Positions 8,652 through 18,380 of a stretch of DNA of 64,000 nt are shown piece after piece. Position numbers and translations under genes: made by a program. This stretch comes from an uncultured Chloroflexia bacterium. Lineage in GTDB: Bacteria; Chloroflexota; Limnocylindria; Limnocylindrales; CSP1-4. The stretch lies in assembly GCA_963713975.1 (NCBI GenBank), contig OY970218.1, positions 32,001 through 96,000 on the forward strand. Reading direction: 5' to 3'. The notes beneath the pieces are model-generated. The model saw nothing but the letters and a program-made list of their open reading frames with translations. It searched no databases and was not told where the DNA came from. The first letter of the stretch is position 1. The number at the start of each line of letters is the position of its first letter.

Positions 8652-9568
8652 CGAAGCGCGTCGTCCTCATCGGCCACCCGGTGGCCCACTCGCTCTCGGG
8701 CGCGATGCAGCAGGTGGCATTCGACCACCTCGGCATCGACGCCGCGTACGAGCTCTGGGACCGCGCTCCCGTCGAGCTCGCCGAGGCAATCTCCGAGCTC
8801 CGTGCGGAGGAGTTCCTGGGCGCCAACATCACGATCCCCCACAAGGAGCGGGTCGTTCCCCACGTCGACAAGCTGACCGAGGAGGCGCACGCGACGGGCG
8901 CCCTCAACACGATCACCCGGGAAGGCCGGAAGCTTGTCGGCCACAACACGGACGTCGCGGGCTTCAAAGTTGCCCTCGACAAGCTGGTGGGCCGTCAGAA
9001 GATGCCGCGCCACGCGGTGGTTCTCGGCGCCGGCGGTGGGGCCCGGGCCGTGGTCCACGGCCTGATCCGCGAAGGGTTCCAGCGCGTGGTCGTGTTCAAC
9101 CGGCACCTGCACCGCGCGGAGGGCATGGTCAAGCACTTCAGCCGCAGCGCCGCCCACATGGATCTGCGGGCGATGCCCTGGCACGAGTCGATCATCGAGG
9201 CCGAGCTCGCCAAGGCCAAGGTGCTGGTGAACGCGACGTCGATCGGCCTGCTCGCGGACGAGTCGCCGGTGCCGGGCGAGATCCTCCCGCCGGACCTTCT
9301 GGTGCTGGACCTGATCTATGCGCGGACGATGCTCCTGAAGGATGCGGACAGGGCGGGGTGCGAGACGCTGGACGGCGGCACGATGCTCCTGCACCAGGGC
9401 GCTGCCGCGTTCACGCTCTGGACCGGTCAGCCGGCTCCCCTGGACCAGATGCAGGCCGCCCTCGAGGACGCCCGTGCCCGTGGCCTGACCTCAGCCGAGG
9501 GCGAGCCGGCGGGGCTGGATCCGGATGCACCTGCCGGGTCCGCCGGGACCGGGCCCGACGGGGCCTGA
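8648..9568 (+). CDS. aroE: Shikimate dehydrogenase
   Basis: GHPVAHSLS, GANITIPHK, NTD, GAGGGARA, NATSIG, MLLHQGA; ATGA overlap with aroA. Confidence 0.92.
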   Translation: MTKRVVLIGHPVAHSLSGAMQQVAFDHLGIDAAYELWDRAPVELAEAISELRAEEFLGANITIPHKERVVPHVDKLTEEAHATGALNTITREGRKLVGHNTDVAGFKVALDKLVGRQKMPRHAVVLGAGGGARAVVHGLIREGFQRVVVFNRHLHRAEGMVKHFSRSAAHMDLRAMPWHESIIEAELAKAKVLVNATSIGLLADESPVPGEILPPDLLVLDLIYARTMLLKDADRAGCETLDGGTMLLHQGAAAFTLWTGQPAPLDQMQAALEDARARGLTSAEGEPAGLDPDAPAGSAGTGPDGA

Positions 9569-9590
9569 CGGCCGGCCGCGGACGACGAGC

Positions 9591-10892
9591 GTGGACCGCT
9601 TCCGGTTCCTCACGGCGGGCGAGAGCCACGGCCCCACGCTGGGTGCCGTGGTGGAGGGCGTTCCGGCCGGTCTTGCGCTGACCGAGGACGACCTCGCGGT
9701 CGATCTTGCCCGCCGCCAGCGCGGCTATGGGCGCGGCGCTCGCCAGGCCATCGAGCAGGACCGGGCCCGGATCCTGTCGGGAGTCCGGCACGGCCGCACG
9801 CTGGGATCGCCGATCCTGCTCGAGGTGGCCAACCGCGACTGGGACAACTGGACCCGTGTGATGCAGGTTGGCCCGCTCTCGGACGAGGACGCGGCGGAGC
9901 TCGCCCGGATGGCCGGGGACGGCAACAAGCGTGCGCTGCCGATCACGGCCGTGCGACCGGGGCACGCGGACCTCGCTGGCTCGCTCAAGTACGGGTTCAA
10001 CGACGTTCGCAACGCCCTGGAGCGGTCGTCCGCCCGGGAGACGACGGCCCGTGTCGCGGCCGGTGGCGTCGCCCGCGCCTTCCTGCGCGAGCTCGGGATC
10101 GAGGTCTGGTCCTTCACGGCCGAGGTCGGTGGCGTGGCGGTGGACCCTGCCCGCTGCTCCCGGTCCCACGACGAGGCGGATGCCTCCCCTCTGCGCTGCC
10201 CGGACCCGGACGCCGAGGCGGCGATGATCGCGCGCATCGACGAGGCCCGCTCGAACGGCGACACCGTCGGCGGCGTGTTCGAGGTGGTCGTCCACGGGGC
10301 CCCGATCGGGCTCGGCAGCTACGTCCACTGGGACCGGCGCCTGGATGCGGCGCTGGCCGCCGCGATGATGAGCATCAACATCGTCAAGGGCGTGGAGATC
10401 GGGCTCGGGTTCGAGCAGACGCGCCGGTTCGGCTCACAGGTCCACGACGTCATCGACGGGCGTCGCGAGGACGGCACCTGGATCCACCGCAGCAACAACG
10501 CGGGCGGGCTCACCGGCGGCGTCACGAACGGCGAGCCGATCGTGGTACGTGGAGCGGTCAAGCCGATCTCCACGCTGGCCCGGCCACTGCCGACGGCAGA
10601 CCTGGTAACGGGTGAGCCGGCTGACAAGGCCCACTACGAGCGGAGCGACATCTCGGTCGTGCCGGCGGCCGGCGTGATCGGCGAGGCGATGGTGCTGCTC
10701 ACGCTGGCCCGGTTCGTGCTGGACAAGACGGGCGGCGACTCGATGATCGAGGTGGCCGACAACCTGAGCCGCTATCGGACCCGCATCGCGTCCACGCCGG
10801 CCGCGCCCGTCGCCGGAGATGGCAGCGGTGGGCACGCGACCCCGGGCGCCGACGCGACCCCGGGCGCCGACGCGACCCCGTCGGGCGACTGA
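9591..10892 (+). CDS. aroC: Chorismate synthase
   Basis: FLTAGESHG, RPGHAD, ERSSARET, SNNAGG, KPISTL, ERSD. Confidence 0.95.
   Translation: MDRFRFLTAGESHGPTLGAVVEGVPAGLALTEDDLAVDLARRQRGYGRGARQAIEQDRARILSGVRHGRTLGSPILLEVANRDWDNWTRVMQVGPLSDEDAAELARMAGDGNKRALPITAVRPGHADLAGSLKYGFNDVRNALERSSARETTARVAAGGVARAFLRELGIEVWSFTAEVGGVAVDPARCSRSHDEADASPLRCPDPDAEAAMIARIDEARSNGDTVGGVFEVVVHGAPIGLGSYVHWDRRLDAALAAAMMSINIVKGVEIGLGFEQTRRFGSQVHDVIDGRREDGTWIHRSNNAGGLTGGVTNGEPIVVRGAVKPISTLARPLPTADLVTGEPADKAHYERSDISVVPAAGVIGEAMVLLTLARFVLDKTGGDSMIEVADNLSRYRTRIASTPAAPVAGDGSGGHATPGADATPGADATPSGD
10834..10880 (+). repeat. 18-bp tandem repeat (about 2.6 copies) encoding ATPGAD in the AroC tail
   Basis: ACGCGACCCCGGGCGCCG repeated. 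Confidence 0.7.
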
Positions 10893-10902
10893 GGCCCGGT
10901 TG

Positions 10903-12567
10903 ATGGACGTCGTGCTGGTGGGCCTGCCCGGGTCCGGCAAGACCGCCATCGGCCGGCGCCTGGCGGCGCGCCACGGAGCGGCCTTCATCGACCTGGATGA
11001 CAGGATCGAGGCCATGGCCGGACGCTCGATCCCCGAGATCTTCGCCGCCGACGGCGAGGCCACGTTCCGGCTCCTCGAGCGCGATGCCGTGGCCGCCCTG
11101 GGGCCCGCCGACCCGGACCCCGGGGTCCAGCGCGTGATCTCGCCGGGAGGCGGCGCGGTGGTGGATCCTCGAAACAGGTGGGCCCTCTACCGTGGACGCG
11201 TCCCCGTATGGCTGGACGTGCGACCCGAGGTCATCGCGCAGCGGCTCCGGCGATCACCCACCGTGCGCCCGCTGGTCCAGGGCGGGGACGCGACGGGCCG
11301 CATCCGGCAGCTGGCGGCGGCCCGCGAGCGGTTCTACGCGGCAGCGGTGCGGGTCAACGGACTGGCCGAGCTGGGGGGTGTGGTCGACGCGGTCGATCGC
11401 CTGGCGGCCAAGGGACCGTCGGCGGCGACCACCGTGCTCCGAGCGACGACCGCGATCGGGGACCTGGTCGTCGGCGAGGGCATCGCCGCCGACGCCGTGG
11501 GCGCCGCGCTGCGCGGGCTGGATGCCCGACGGGCCATCCTGGTCTCGGAGCCGGGGGCCTGGGCCGCCTTCGGGGAGGGCCTCGCTGAGGCGCTGCGCGC
11601 AGCCGGCTGGCCGGTAGAGACCCTGATGCTGGCCGGTGGGGAGGATGCCAAGCGCCTGTCGGTCATCGAGGAAGCCGCCCGGGAGCTGGCCCGGATGCGC
11701 GCGGAGCGGAGGGATCCCCTGGTGGCCGTCGGTGGCGGTGCGTTGGGCGATCCGGCGGGGTTCCTCGCGGCCACGTACCTGCGCGGCGTGCCCTGGATCG
11801 GGGTGCCCACGACCCTCGTTGCCCAGGTGGACTCGTCCATCGGCGGCAAGACCGGCGTGGACCTGCCCGAGGGCAAGAACCTGGTTGGCGCGTTTCATCA
11901 TCCGGCGGCAATCGTGCTGGACATCGCCGCCCTGCGGCCGCTCCCGGAGCGGCACCTGCGGGCAGCCCTGGGCGAGATCGTGAAGATGGCCGCCCTGGGC
12001 GACGAGGCGCTGTTCGCGGCCCTCGAGACCGACGGCGCGGCCGTGGCCACGGGAGCCGCCGATGCGTTCGACTCGGGGGTCATGGCCGAGGTGGTCGAGC
12101 GCCCGGCCTGGGCAAAGGTCGAGGTGGTGTCCGCGGACGAGCGCGAACAGGGTGCGGCCGGCGGACGGGTCACGCTCAACCTGGGGCACACGGTTGCGCA
12201 CGCGCTCGAGGCCGTGGACGGCTACCAGAACCTCCTCCATGGCGAGGCAGTCGCCTACGGCACACGGGCGGCGACCAGGATCGGCGTCGCGATGGGGGTG
12301 ACCCCGGAAGCCCGCGCGACCCGGATCGAGGGGCTGCTCGACCGACTGGCACTGGGTGTCGCCCCGCTCCCCTACCCCATCGAGATGGTGCTCGACGCGA
12401 CAGGGACAGACAAGAAGCATGCCGGCGGCCGCCTGCGGTGGGTGCTGCCGACGGCGGACGGAGCGGTGATCCGCGACGACGTGCCCGCCGGTGACGTGAC
12501 CGCGGCCGTCCGCAGCGTGCTGGCAGGCACGGCCGCGGCACCCGGCGCGACGGAGACCCGGGCGTGA
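10903..12567 (+). CDS. aroKB: Shikimate kinase / 3-dehydroquinate synthase fusion (AroK-AroB)
   Basis: P-loop GLPGSGKT, DLD, GEATFR, RPL, then AroB motifs GGGALGD, PTTLVAQVDSSIGGKTG, KNLVG, LNLGHT, HGEAV, DKK. Confidence 0.92.
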   Translation: MDVVLVGLPGSGKTAIGRRLAARHGAAFIDLDDRIEAMAGRSIPEIFAADGEATFRLLERDAVAALGPADPDPGVQRVISPGGGAVVDPRNRWALYRGRVPVWLDVRPEVIAQRLRRSPTVRPLVQGGDATGRIRQLAAARERFYAAAVRVNGLAELGGVVDAVDRLAAKGPSAATTVLRATTAIGDLVVGEGIAADAVGAALRGLDARRAILVSEPGAWAAFGEGLAEALRAAGWPVETLMLAGGEDAKRLSVIEEAARELARMRAERRDPLVAVGGGALGDPAGFLAATYLRGVPWIGVPTTLVAQVDSSIGGKTGVDLPEGKNLVGAFHHPAAIVLDIAALRPLPERHLRAALGEIVKMAALGDEALFAALETDGAAVATGAADAFDSGVMAEVVERPAWAKVEVVSADEREQGAAGGRVTLNLGHTVAHALEAVDGYQNLLHGEAVAYGTRAATRIGVAMGVTPEARATRIEGLLDRLALGVAPLPYPIEMVLDATGTDKKHAGGRLRWVLPTADGAVIRDDVPAGDVTAAVRSVLAGTAAAPGATETRA

Positions 12568-12920
12568 GCACCGCCGATCGCACGGGCCGGCGAGCCGTGC
12601 CGACCGCCACCGAGCGTGACGAGGCTGCCCTGGAGCTGGCGCGGATCCGCGATCGGATCGACGAGCTGGACAAGGCCATCGTGGAGCTGCTCAACCAGCG
12701 GGCGACGCTTGGCCGATCCGCGGGGCGCGCCAAGCACCTCGCCGGCCGGCGAGCCGTCAAGGACCCGGAGCGCGAGCGCGAGGTGCTCCTGAGGGTGGCG
12801 ATGGCCAACCCGGGACCGCTGTCGCAGGCCGACCTGCTCGCCATCTACCGCCGCATCGTCTCCGTGACCCGGGGCCTGGAGTCACGCGACCGGACCCATG
12901 ACGGCCGATCCCGCGGCTGA
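12564..12920 (+). CDS. Chorismate mutase (AroQ class, monofunctional)
   Basis: LARIRDRIDELDKAIVELLNQRA...K...DPERE pattern; GTGA overlap. Confidence 0.88.
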   Translation: MSTADRTGRRAVPTATERDEAALELARIRDRIDELDKAIVELLNQRATLGRSAGRAKHLAGRRAVKDPEREREVLLRVAMANPGPLSQADLLAIYRRIVSVTRGLESRDRTHDGRSRG

Positions 12921-13944
12921 CGGTTCCGGCGAGTCCTCCGCGGCCGACGACGCGGGCGATGCGGTCGCGACCGACGAGACGGGCGAGTTGTTCGTGCCCC
13001 CGGCCACCGGGACCGCCCTGCCAGACCCCCGTGTCCTGCCGACGGGACCGGTCACCCGCTTCGCGCCTGCGCCAACGGGACTCCTGCATCTCGGCCACCT
13101 CGTCAACGCGCTCTACACCTGGGGCCTGGCAAGGGCGACCGGCGGGCGCGTGATCCTGCGCATCGAGGACCACGACCGGCAGCGTTCCCGACCGGACTAC
13201 GAGGCGGCGCTGCTGGACGACCTCGCGCGGCTGGGACTGGCACCCGACGAACCAGCCATGTCCTCCTTCCGCGTCGGATCGACGCCATACCGCCAATCCG
13301 ACTCGGGCGCCGTCTACGTGGCCGCGATCGAGCGGCTGCGAGGCCTGGGGTTGGTCTACGCCTGCGCATGCTCGCGGGCCAGCTTCGCGGCCTGGCGGGC
13401 GGATCACGGGCGGCCGTGGCATGGGATCGGCTGCCCGGGCGGGTGCCGGTCGCGGGCCCTCCCCGAGGATCCGGGCACCGGCCTGCGGGTGGCCGTGGGG
13501 GCAGGCTCGGAGCGCTGGGTGGACCTCCTGGCCGGGCCGATGTCCGACGAGCCGGCGGCGAACGGCGATCCACTCGTCCGCGACCGTCTCGGCAACTGGA
13601 CCTACGCCTTGTGCGTGGTCGTGGACGATGCCCGCCACGGCGTGGACCTCGTGATCCGCGGTCGCGACCTGCTGGACTCGACCCCCGTGCAGCGCCGCCT
13701 GGCCACGCTCCTCGGCAGGGAGGCGCCACCGCGCTTCCTGCACCACCCGCTCATCCGACGGGTGTCGGGGCAGAAACTGTCCAAAGCCGAGGGCGACACC
13801 GCGGTCCGATCCCTGCTCGACGCCGGACGAACTCCGGCCGCGCTGTTCGGGCTGGCCGCACGACTTGCCGGCCTCGAGGCGACGGACGCCCCGATCGATC
13901 CCGGCAATCTCGCGGCGCCGTTCCTGGTCGATCGTCGCCGCTAG
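12898..13944 (+). CDS. gluQ: Glutamyl-Q tRNA(Asp) synthetase (GluRS catalytic-domain paralog)
   Basis: TRFAPAPTGLLHLGH, LRIEDHD, YACACSR, VVVDD, IRGRDL, KLSK; no anticodon-binding domain. Confidence 0.8.
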   Translation: MTADPAADGSGESSAADDAGDAVATDETGELFVPPATGTALPDPRVLPTGPVTRFAPAPTGLLHLGHLVNALYTWGLARATGGRVILRIEDHDRQRSRPDYEAALLDDLARLGLAPDEPAMSSFRVGSTPYRQSDSGAVYVAAIERLRGLGLVYACACSRASFAAWRADHGRPWHGIGCPGGCRSRALPEDPGTGLRVAVGAGSERWVDLLAGPMSDEPAANGDPLVRDRLGNWTYALCVVVDDARHGVDLVIRGRDLLDSTPVQRRLATLLGREAPPRFLHHPLIRRVSGQKLSKAEGDTAVRSLLDAGRTPAALFGLAARLAGLEATDAPIDPGNLAAPFLVDRRR

Positions 13945-15617
13945 GCGCCCGGGACAGGGACCAGCTCCGGGCCGCGGGTCCAATCCTCGCCCGCGAACAG
14001 CTCCGGCCGGTGCGTCATCACGAGCAGGGTCCGATCGCCGACCGCCGCTCCCAGGTCCGCGACGAACGCGCGGGCGGCGGCCTCGTCCAAGTGCTCGGTA
14101 GGCTCGTCCAGGACGAGGATCCGGACATCCGCAAGCAGGGCCCGGGCGAGTGCGAGCCGCTGTCGCTGCCCACCGGAGAGCCGGGCACCGTGCTCACCGA
14201 CCGGCGTCTCGAGCCCGTCCGGGAGCGACCTGACCCAGCCCAGGAGACCAGCCTGCTCGAGGGCACGCTCGAGCGTCGCCGGCTCCGCACCGGGTCGGGC
14301 GAGGCGCAGGTTGTCGGCGAGCGTTGCATCGAAGATGTGGGGGTCCTGCTCGCACAGCCCGACGGCACGGCGGACCTCGTCGCCGGGGATCGTCCGCGTG
14401 TCGACCGCGCGATCCCGTCCGACCAGCTCGAGGGTCCCCGCCTGGGGCGCCAGGAACCGCAGGCACGCCGCCGCGAACGTGCTCTTGCCCGAGCCGCTGG
14501 CGCCGGTGAGCACGAACAGGGCGCCGGCCGGGACCTCGATATCGATCGGGGCGAGCGCGAGGCGGGCGGCGCCGGGGTACCGGACGGCGAGCCCGTGCGC
14601 GCGGAGGCCAAGGCGGCCCGCGGGGACCCCGAGCGCGACGCCGGGATCCGGATCCGGCACCGGCTCCGGGCGGCGGAGGATGTCCAGCACGCGACGGGCC
14701 GATGTCGCGAGGCCGGGCAGGAGGCGCGCGGATGGGGCGAGCGGCGAGATCACCTCGTGGACCGCGATCGGCGTCAGGGCGACGACGGCCAGCGCCACAC
14801 CGGCGAGGCTCCCGTCCCGTACGGCCGAGATCCCGACCACGAGGGCGGCCCACACCGCGAAGCCGGCCGAGAGGGCCGCAACCAGGGTGCTCACACCGGC
14901 ACCGAGCGCGGATCGTCGCTCCGCGGCGGCCAGGCGGCGATCCACGCGTGCCGCCTCGGCCAGCGCCCGGGGTGCCGCTCCGGTGACCACGATCTCGGGG
15001 GCTCCGTGCAGCAGGTCCAATACCGTGTCCGTGAGGTCCCCACGGGCCGGCGCCAACCGCGACTCTGCCCGATGCGAGATCGCCGCCGCCACCACGGGCG
15101 CCACGACGGCGGTGACGAGCAGCGTCGCCGCGAGGATCGCACCCGCCGCCGGCACGAACCAGCCGATGAACACGACGGCTCCCACGGCGACGATCGATGC
15201 GGAGGCGTAGGGAAGCAGGACCCGGAGCCACAGGTCCGCGAGCCCGTCCACGTCACCGACCAGCCGCGCCAGCAGGTCGCCGGACCGCAGCTCCGCCAGG
15301 CCGGCCGGGGCCAGGCGGGCCAGCCGTGCATACGCCGTGCCACGCAGCTCGCCAAGCACTCGGAACGCGGCGTCATGGGCCGCGACACGCTCGAGATACC
15401 GGAACACGCCGCGGCTGATGCCGAAGAATTGGACCGCCGTGATGGCGGCAAGCAGCGTGAGCATGACCGGCTGCTCGGCGGCCTTGCTGATGAGCCAGGC
15501 GGACGTGGCCGCGAGGCCGATTGCCGCGCCCGCGGCCGCCATGCCCGCCAGCACCGCCAGCACGAGTCGACCGGTGACCGGTCGACCGATGCGCAGGATC
15601 GCGAGCAGGGCCGTCAT
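13941..15617 (-). CDS. cydC: Thiol reductant ABC exporter subunit CydC
   Basis: RGVFRYLERVAAHDAAF, GASGSGKS, LSGGQRQR, LDEPTEHLD. Confidence 0.92.
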   Translation of the reverse strand: MTALLAILRIGRPVTGRLVLAVLAGMAAAGAAIGLAATSAWLISKAAEQPVMLTLLAAITAVQFFGISRGVFRYLERVAAHDAAFRVLGELRGTAYARLARLAPAGLAELRSGDLLARLVGDVDGLADLWLRVLLPYASASIVAVGAVVFIGWFVPAAGAILAATLLVTAVVAPVVAAAISHRAESRLAPARGDLTDTVLDLLHGAPEIVVTGAAPRALAEAARVDRRLAAAERRSALGAGVSTLVAALSAGFAVWAALVVGISAVRDGSLAGVALAVVALTPIAVHEVISPLAPSARLLPGLATSARRVLDILRRPEPVPDPDPGVALGVPAGRLGLRAHGLAVRYPGAARLALAPIDIEVPAGALFVLTGASGSGKSTFAAACLRFLAPQAGTLELVGRDRAVDTRTIPGDEVRRAVGLCEQDPHIFDATLADNLRLARPGAEPATLERALEQAGLLGWVRSLPDGLETPVGEHGARLSGGQRQRLALARALLADVRILVLDEPTEHLDEAAARAFVADLGAAVGDRTLLVMTHRPELFAGEDWTRGPELVPVPGA

Positions 15618-17365
15618 GCCGACTCCCCCGTCGCCGGAATGGTCGTCCGGGTCGACGGCCCCACGGGTCCCGCGTGGTCGGGCACGACCGACCACGAGAC
15701 CTCGACGTTTCGGTCCGCGCCCGCCACGGCGCCGGGGCGGTGGGCCACGAGCAGCACCGCGGCACCTCGCGCAGCGGCACCCCGCACGGCCGCAAGCACG
15801 GCCGTCTCGGCCGACTCGTCCAGGCCCGCGGTCGGCTCGTCGAGCAGGAGGACGTCGGCGTGCCGGACCAGCGCGCGGGCGATCCCCACGCGTCGCCGCT
15901 GCCCGCCGGAGAGACCCGACCCTCGCTCGCCGAGCACCCGGTCGGGCGGCACGTCCGCGAGGCCCACCGCAGCCAGTGCGGCTACAACGCTCTCATCCCC
16001 GGCATCAGGCGCGCCGAGACGCACGTTCTCCGCCACGGACCCGGCGAACAGGTACGGGGCCTGCGGGACCCAGGCGACGCGAGCCCGCCAGGCCCCGGGG
16101 TCGAGATCCCGAACGTCAGTCCCGCCGCCACGCCACCCACCGCCATCATCGTCGCCGACCACGACGACCCGGCCGGCCGAGGGCTCCACGAGCCCCAGGA
16201 TCACGGCCAGGAGCGTCGACTTGCCCGCACCTGATGGCCCGGTCACCGCGACCACCTCGCCCCGGCGAACGGCGAGGGACGTGGAGGACGGCGCCGCGAT
16301 CCCACGACCCGGCTGCTCCACCGACAACCCGACGACACGGATCGCCGCGATGCCCGCTGGCACCGGCAGCCCACCCTCGGCAAGGAGCACGGGCGTGTCG
16401 ATGATCTCGAAGGCGCGTGCTGCCGAGGTCACGCCCTCCTCTCCCGCGTGGAACTCGGAACCCAGGCGGCGGAGCGGGAGATACGCCTCCGGGGCGAGGA
16501 CCAGCGCGAACAGGCCGACCTCGAGCATCATCTCGCCGACCGCCAGCCGGAGGCCGATCCCCACGGCGACCATGGCCACCGAGATCGTCGCGAGCAGCTC
16601 GAGGGTCATGGCCGACAGGAAGGCCACCCGCAGGGTCGCCATCGTGGTGGTCCGGTACGAATCCGTGATCCGTCGCAGGATCGCGACCTGATCGTCCGCA
16701 CGACCGTAGGCGCGGAGCGTCGGCAGGCCCGCCACCACGTCCGTGAACCGGTGCGCCAGCCGGCCCAGTGCCGTCCAGCGCCGTGACCTGTGGGCCGCCG
16801 ACATCTTCCCGATCAGGACCATGAACACCGGGATCAGCGGGACGGTGATGGCCACCGTCAGGGCCGCCACCACGTCCACAGCGAGGAGGCAGACGACCAC
16901 CGTCACGGGCACGATCGCGGCCAGCGCCACCTGCGGCAGGTAGCGCCCGAAGTAGCCATCGAGCGCGTCCAGCCCGCGCGTCGCGAGCAGGGCCACCTCG
17001 CCGCTCGCCTGCGTCGCCGCCCAGCGTGGGCCGAGGGCGAGCGACCGCTCCAGGAGACGGATGCGGAGGTCCGCCTTCACCGCCCCGCTGATCCGCTGGG
17101 CGACCACGTCTGCACCCCAGCCGAGGATCGCCCTGGCAGCCAGGACGATCGCCAGCCCTGCGAGCACCGAGGCGAGGTCGCCGAGCCCCTCGCCGCCCAT
17201 GAACGCGCCGCTGATGGCGCGCGCCAGGAGCCACGCCTGGACCACGGCCAGCAGGGCGATGGCCACACCGAGGCATACGGCCACAACGAGCGACCCCGTC
17301 GCGATCCTGGCCGCGCCGATGAGGCGGCCGGTCGGGCTCACGGTCGGCCGTGGGGACGCGGCCAC
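15614..17365 (-). CDS. cydD: Thiol reductant ABC exporter subunit CydD
   Basis: YFGRYLPQ, TMATLRVAFLS, LAPEAYLPLR, GPSGAGKST, LSGGQ, DEPTAGLD. Confidence 0.92.
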   Translation of the reverse strand: MAASPRPTVSPTGRLIGAARIATGSLVVAVCLGVAIALLAVVQAWLLARAISGAFMGGEGLGDLASVLAGLAIVLAARAILGWGADVVAQRISGAVKADLRIRLLERSLALGPRWAATQASGEVALLATRGLDALDGYFGRYLPQVALAAIVPVTVVVCLLAVDVVAALTVAITVPLIPVFMVLIGKMSAAHRSRRWTALGRLAHRFTDVVAGLPTLRAYGRADDQVAILRRITDSYRTTTMATLRVAFLSAMTLELLATISVAMVAVGIGLRLAVGEMMLEVGLFALVLAPEAYLPLRRLGSEFHAGEEGVTSAARAFEIIDTPVLLAEGGLPVPAGIAAIRVVGLSVEQPGRGIAAPSSTSLAVRRGEVVAVTGPSGAGKSTLLAVILGLVEPSAGRVVVVGDDDGGGWRGGGTDVRDLDPGAWRARVAWVPQAPYLFAGSVAENVRLGAPDAGDESVVAALAAVGLADVPPDRVLGERGSGLSGGQRRRVGIARALVRHADVLLLDEPTAGLDESAETAVLAAVRGAAARGAAVLLVAHRPGAVAGADRNVEVSWSVVPDHAGPVGPSTRTTIPATGESA

Positions 17366-17369
17366 ATGA

Positions 17370-18371
17370 TCAGGACTCGACGGCGGCCCGCGGGACGGTG
17401 ACCCGCTTCCGGAACACGTAGTACGTCCACCCTTGGTACACGAGGACCACGGGCACGAAGATCACCGCCACGACCGTCATGATGCCGAGGGTATACGGCG
17501 TGGACGCCGCGTTGGTGGCCGTCAGGCTGAATGCCGGGTCCGTGGAAGATGGCATGACGTCCGGGAACAGCGCCAGGAACAGGCTGGCCACGGCCAGGGC
17601 GATCGTGAGCCCGGAGCCGAGGAACGCCCAGCCCTCGCGCTTGAGGCGCACCGCGAGCAGTGCAAGCAGGTACACGACGGCGGCGAGCACCGCGACCACC
17701 GTGGACAGCATGTCGCCACGGATCGCGTTCGCCCACAGCAGGAAGACCACGGCCACGACGGCCGTCACCAAGCCCAGCGGGAGGGTGAGCTTGCGCGCTC
17801 GCTCCCGGATCTCACCGTCCGTCTTGAGCGTCAGGAACATGAGGCCGTGGGTGATGAACAGCAGGAGCGTCGTCAACCCACCCAGGAGCCCGAACGGGTT
17901 GAGCAGGGTGAGCAGGCTGCCGGTGAACTCCTTGTCGGCATCGATGGGGACGCCCGCCACGATGTTGGCGAAGGCAACGCCCCACAGCAGCGCGGGCAGG
18001 AAACTGCCGACCGCGATCATCATGTCCATGCGCGACCGCCAGGCGTGGCTGCCGTGCTTGTTGCGGTACTCGATGCCGATGCCTCGAATGATCAGGCCGA
18101 CGAGGATCAGGAACAGCGCGAGGTAGAACCCCGAGAACAGCGTGGCGTACCACTCGGGGAAGGCTGCGAACATGGCACCGCCGGCCACGATGACCCACAC
18201 CTCGTTGCCGTCCCAGACGGGGCCGATGGTTCGGATCATCGCCCGCCGTTCAGGCTCGTCGCGCCCGACCACGTGGAGCAGCATGCCCACGCCGAAGTCG
18301 AAGCCCTCGAGGATGAAGTAGCCGATGAACAGGATCGCGATCAGGGCGAACCAGAGCGTCGTGAGTTCCAT
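17370..18371 (-). CDS. cydB: Cytochrome bd ubiquinol oxidase subunit II
   Basis: EGFDFGVG, IGPVWDGNEVW, AAFPEWYATLFSGFY, YQGWTYYVFRKR. Confidence 0.95.
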   Translation of the reverse strand: MELTTLWFALIAILFIGYFILEGFDFGVGMLLHVVGRDEPERRAMIRTIGPVWDGNEVWVIVAGGAMFAAFPEWYATLFSGFYLALFLILVGLIIRGIGIEYRNKHGSHAWRSRMDMMIAVGSFLPALLWGVAFANIVAGVPIDADKEFTGSLLTLLNPFGLLGGLTTLLLFITHGLMFLTLKTDGEIRERARKLTLPLGLVTAVVAVVFLLWANAIRGDMLSTVVAVLAAVVYLLALLAVRLKREGWAFLGSGLTIALAVASLFLALFPDVMPSSTDPAFSLTATNAASTPYTLGIMTVVAVIFVPVVLVYQGWTYYVFRKRVTVPRAAVES

Positions 18372-18380
18372 GACGTTCCC

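Noticed and set aside
10834-10880. Short tandem repeats (also 53358-53387 RVTTL x2 and the DEPG repeat near 55000) as CRISPR or contingency loci
   Set aside because: In-frame slippage repeats in disordered protein regions; no spacers and no cas genes.
12898-13944. Truncated gltX pseudogene
   Set aside because: Intact frame whose length and lack of an anticodon-binding domain fit GluQ.
13368-16691. 1107-aa plus-strand ORF
   Set aside because: Antisense shadow of cydC/cydD; Arg/Pro/Gly-rich with no motifs, as expected when stops are scarce at high GC.
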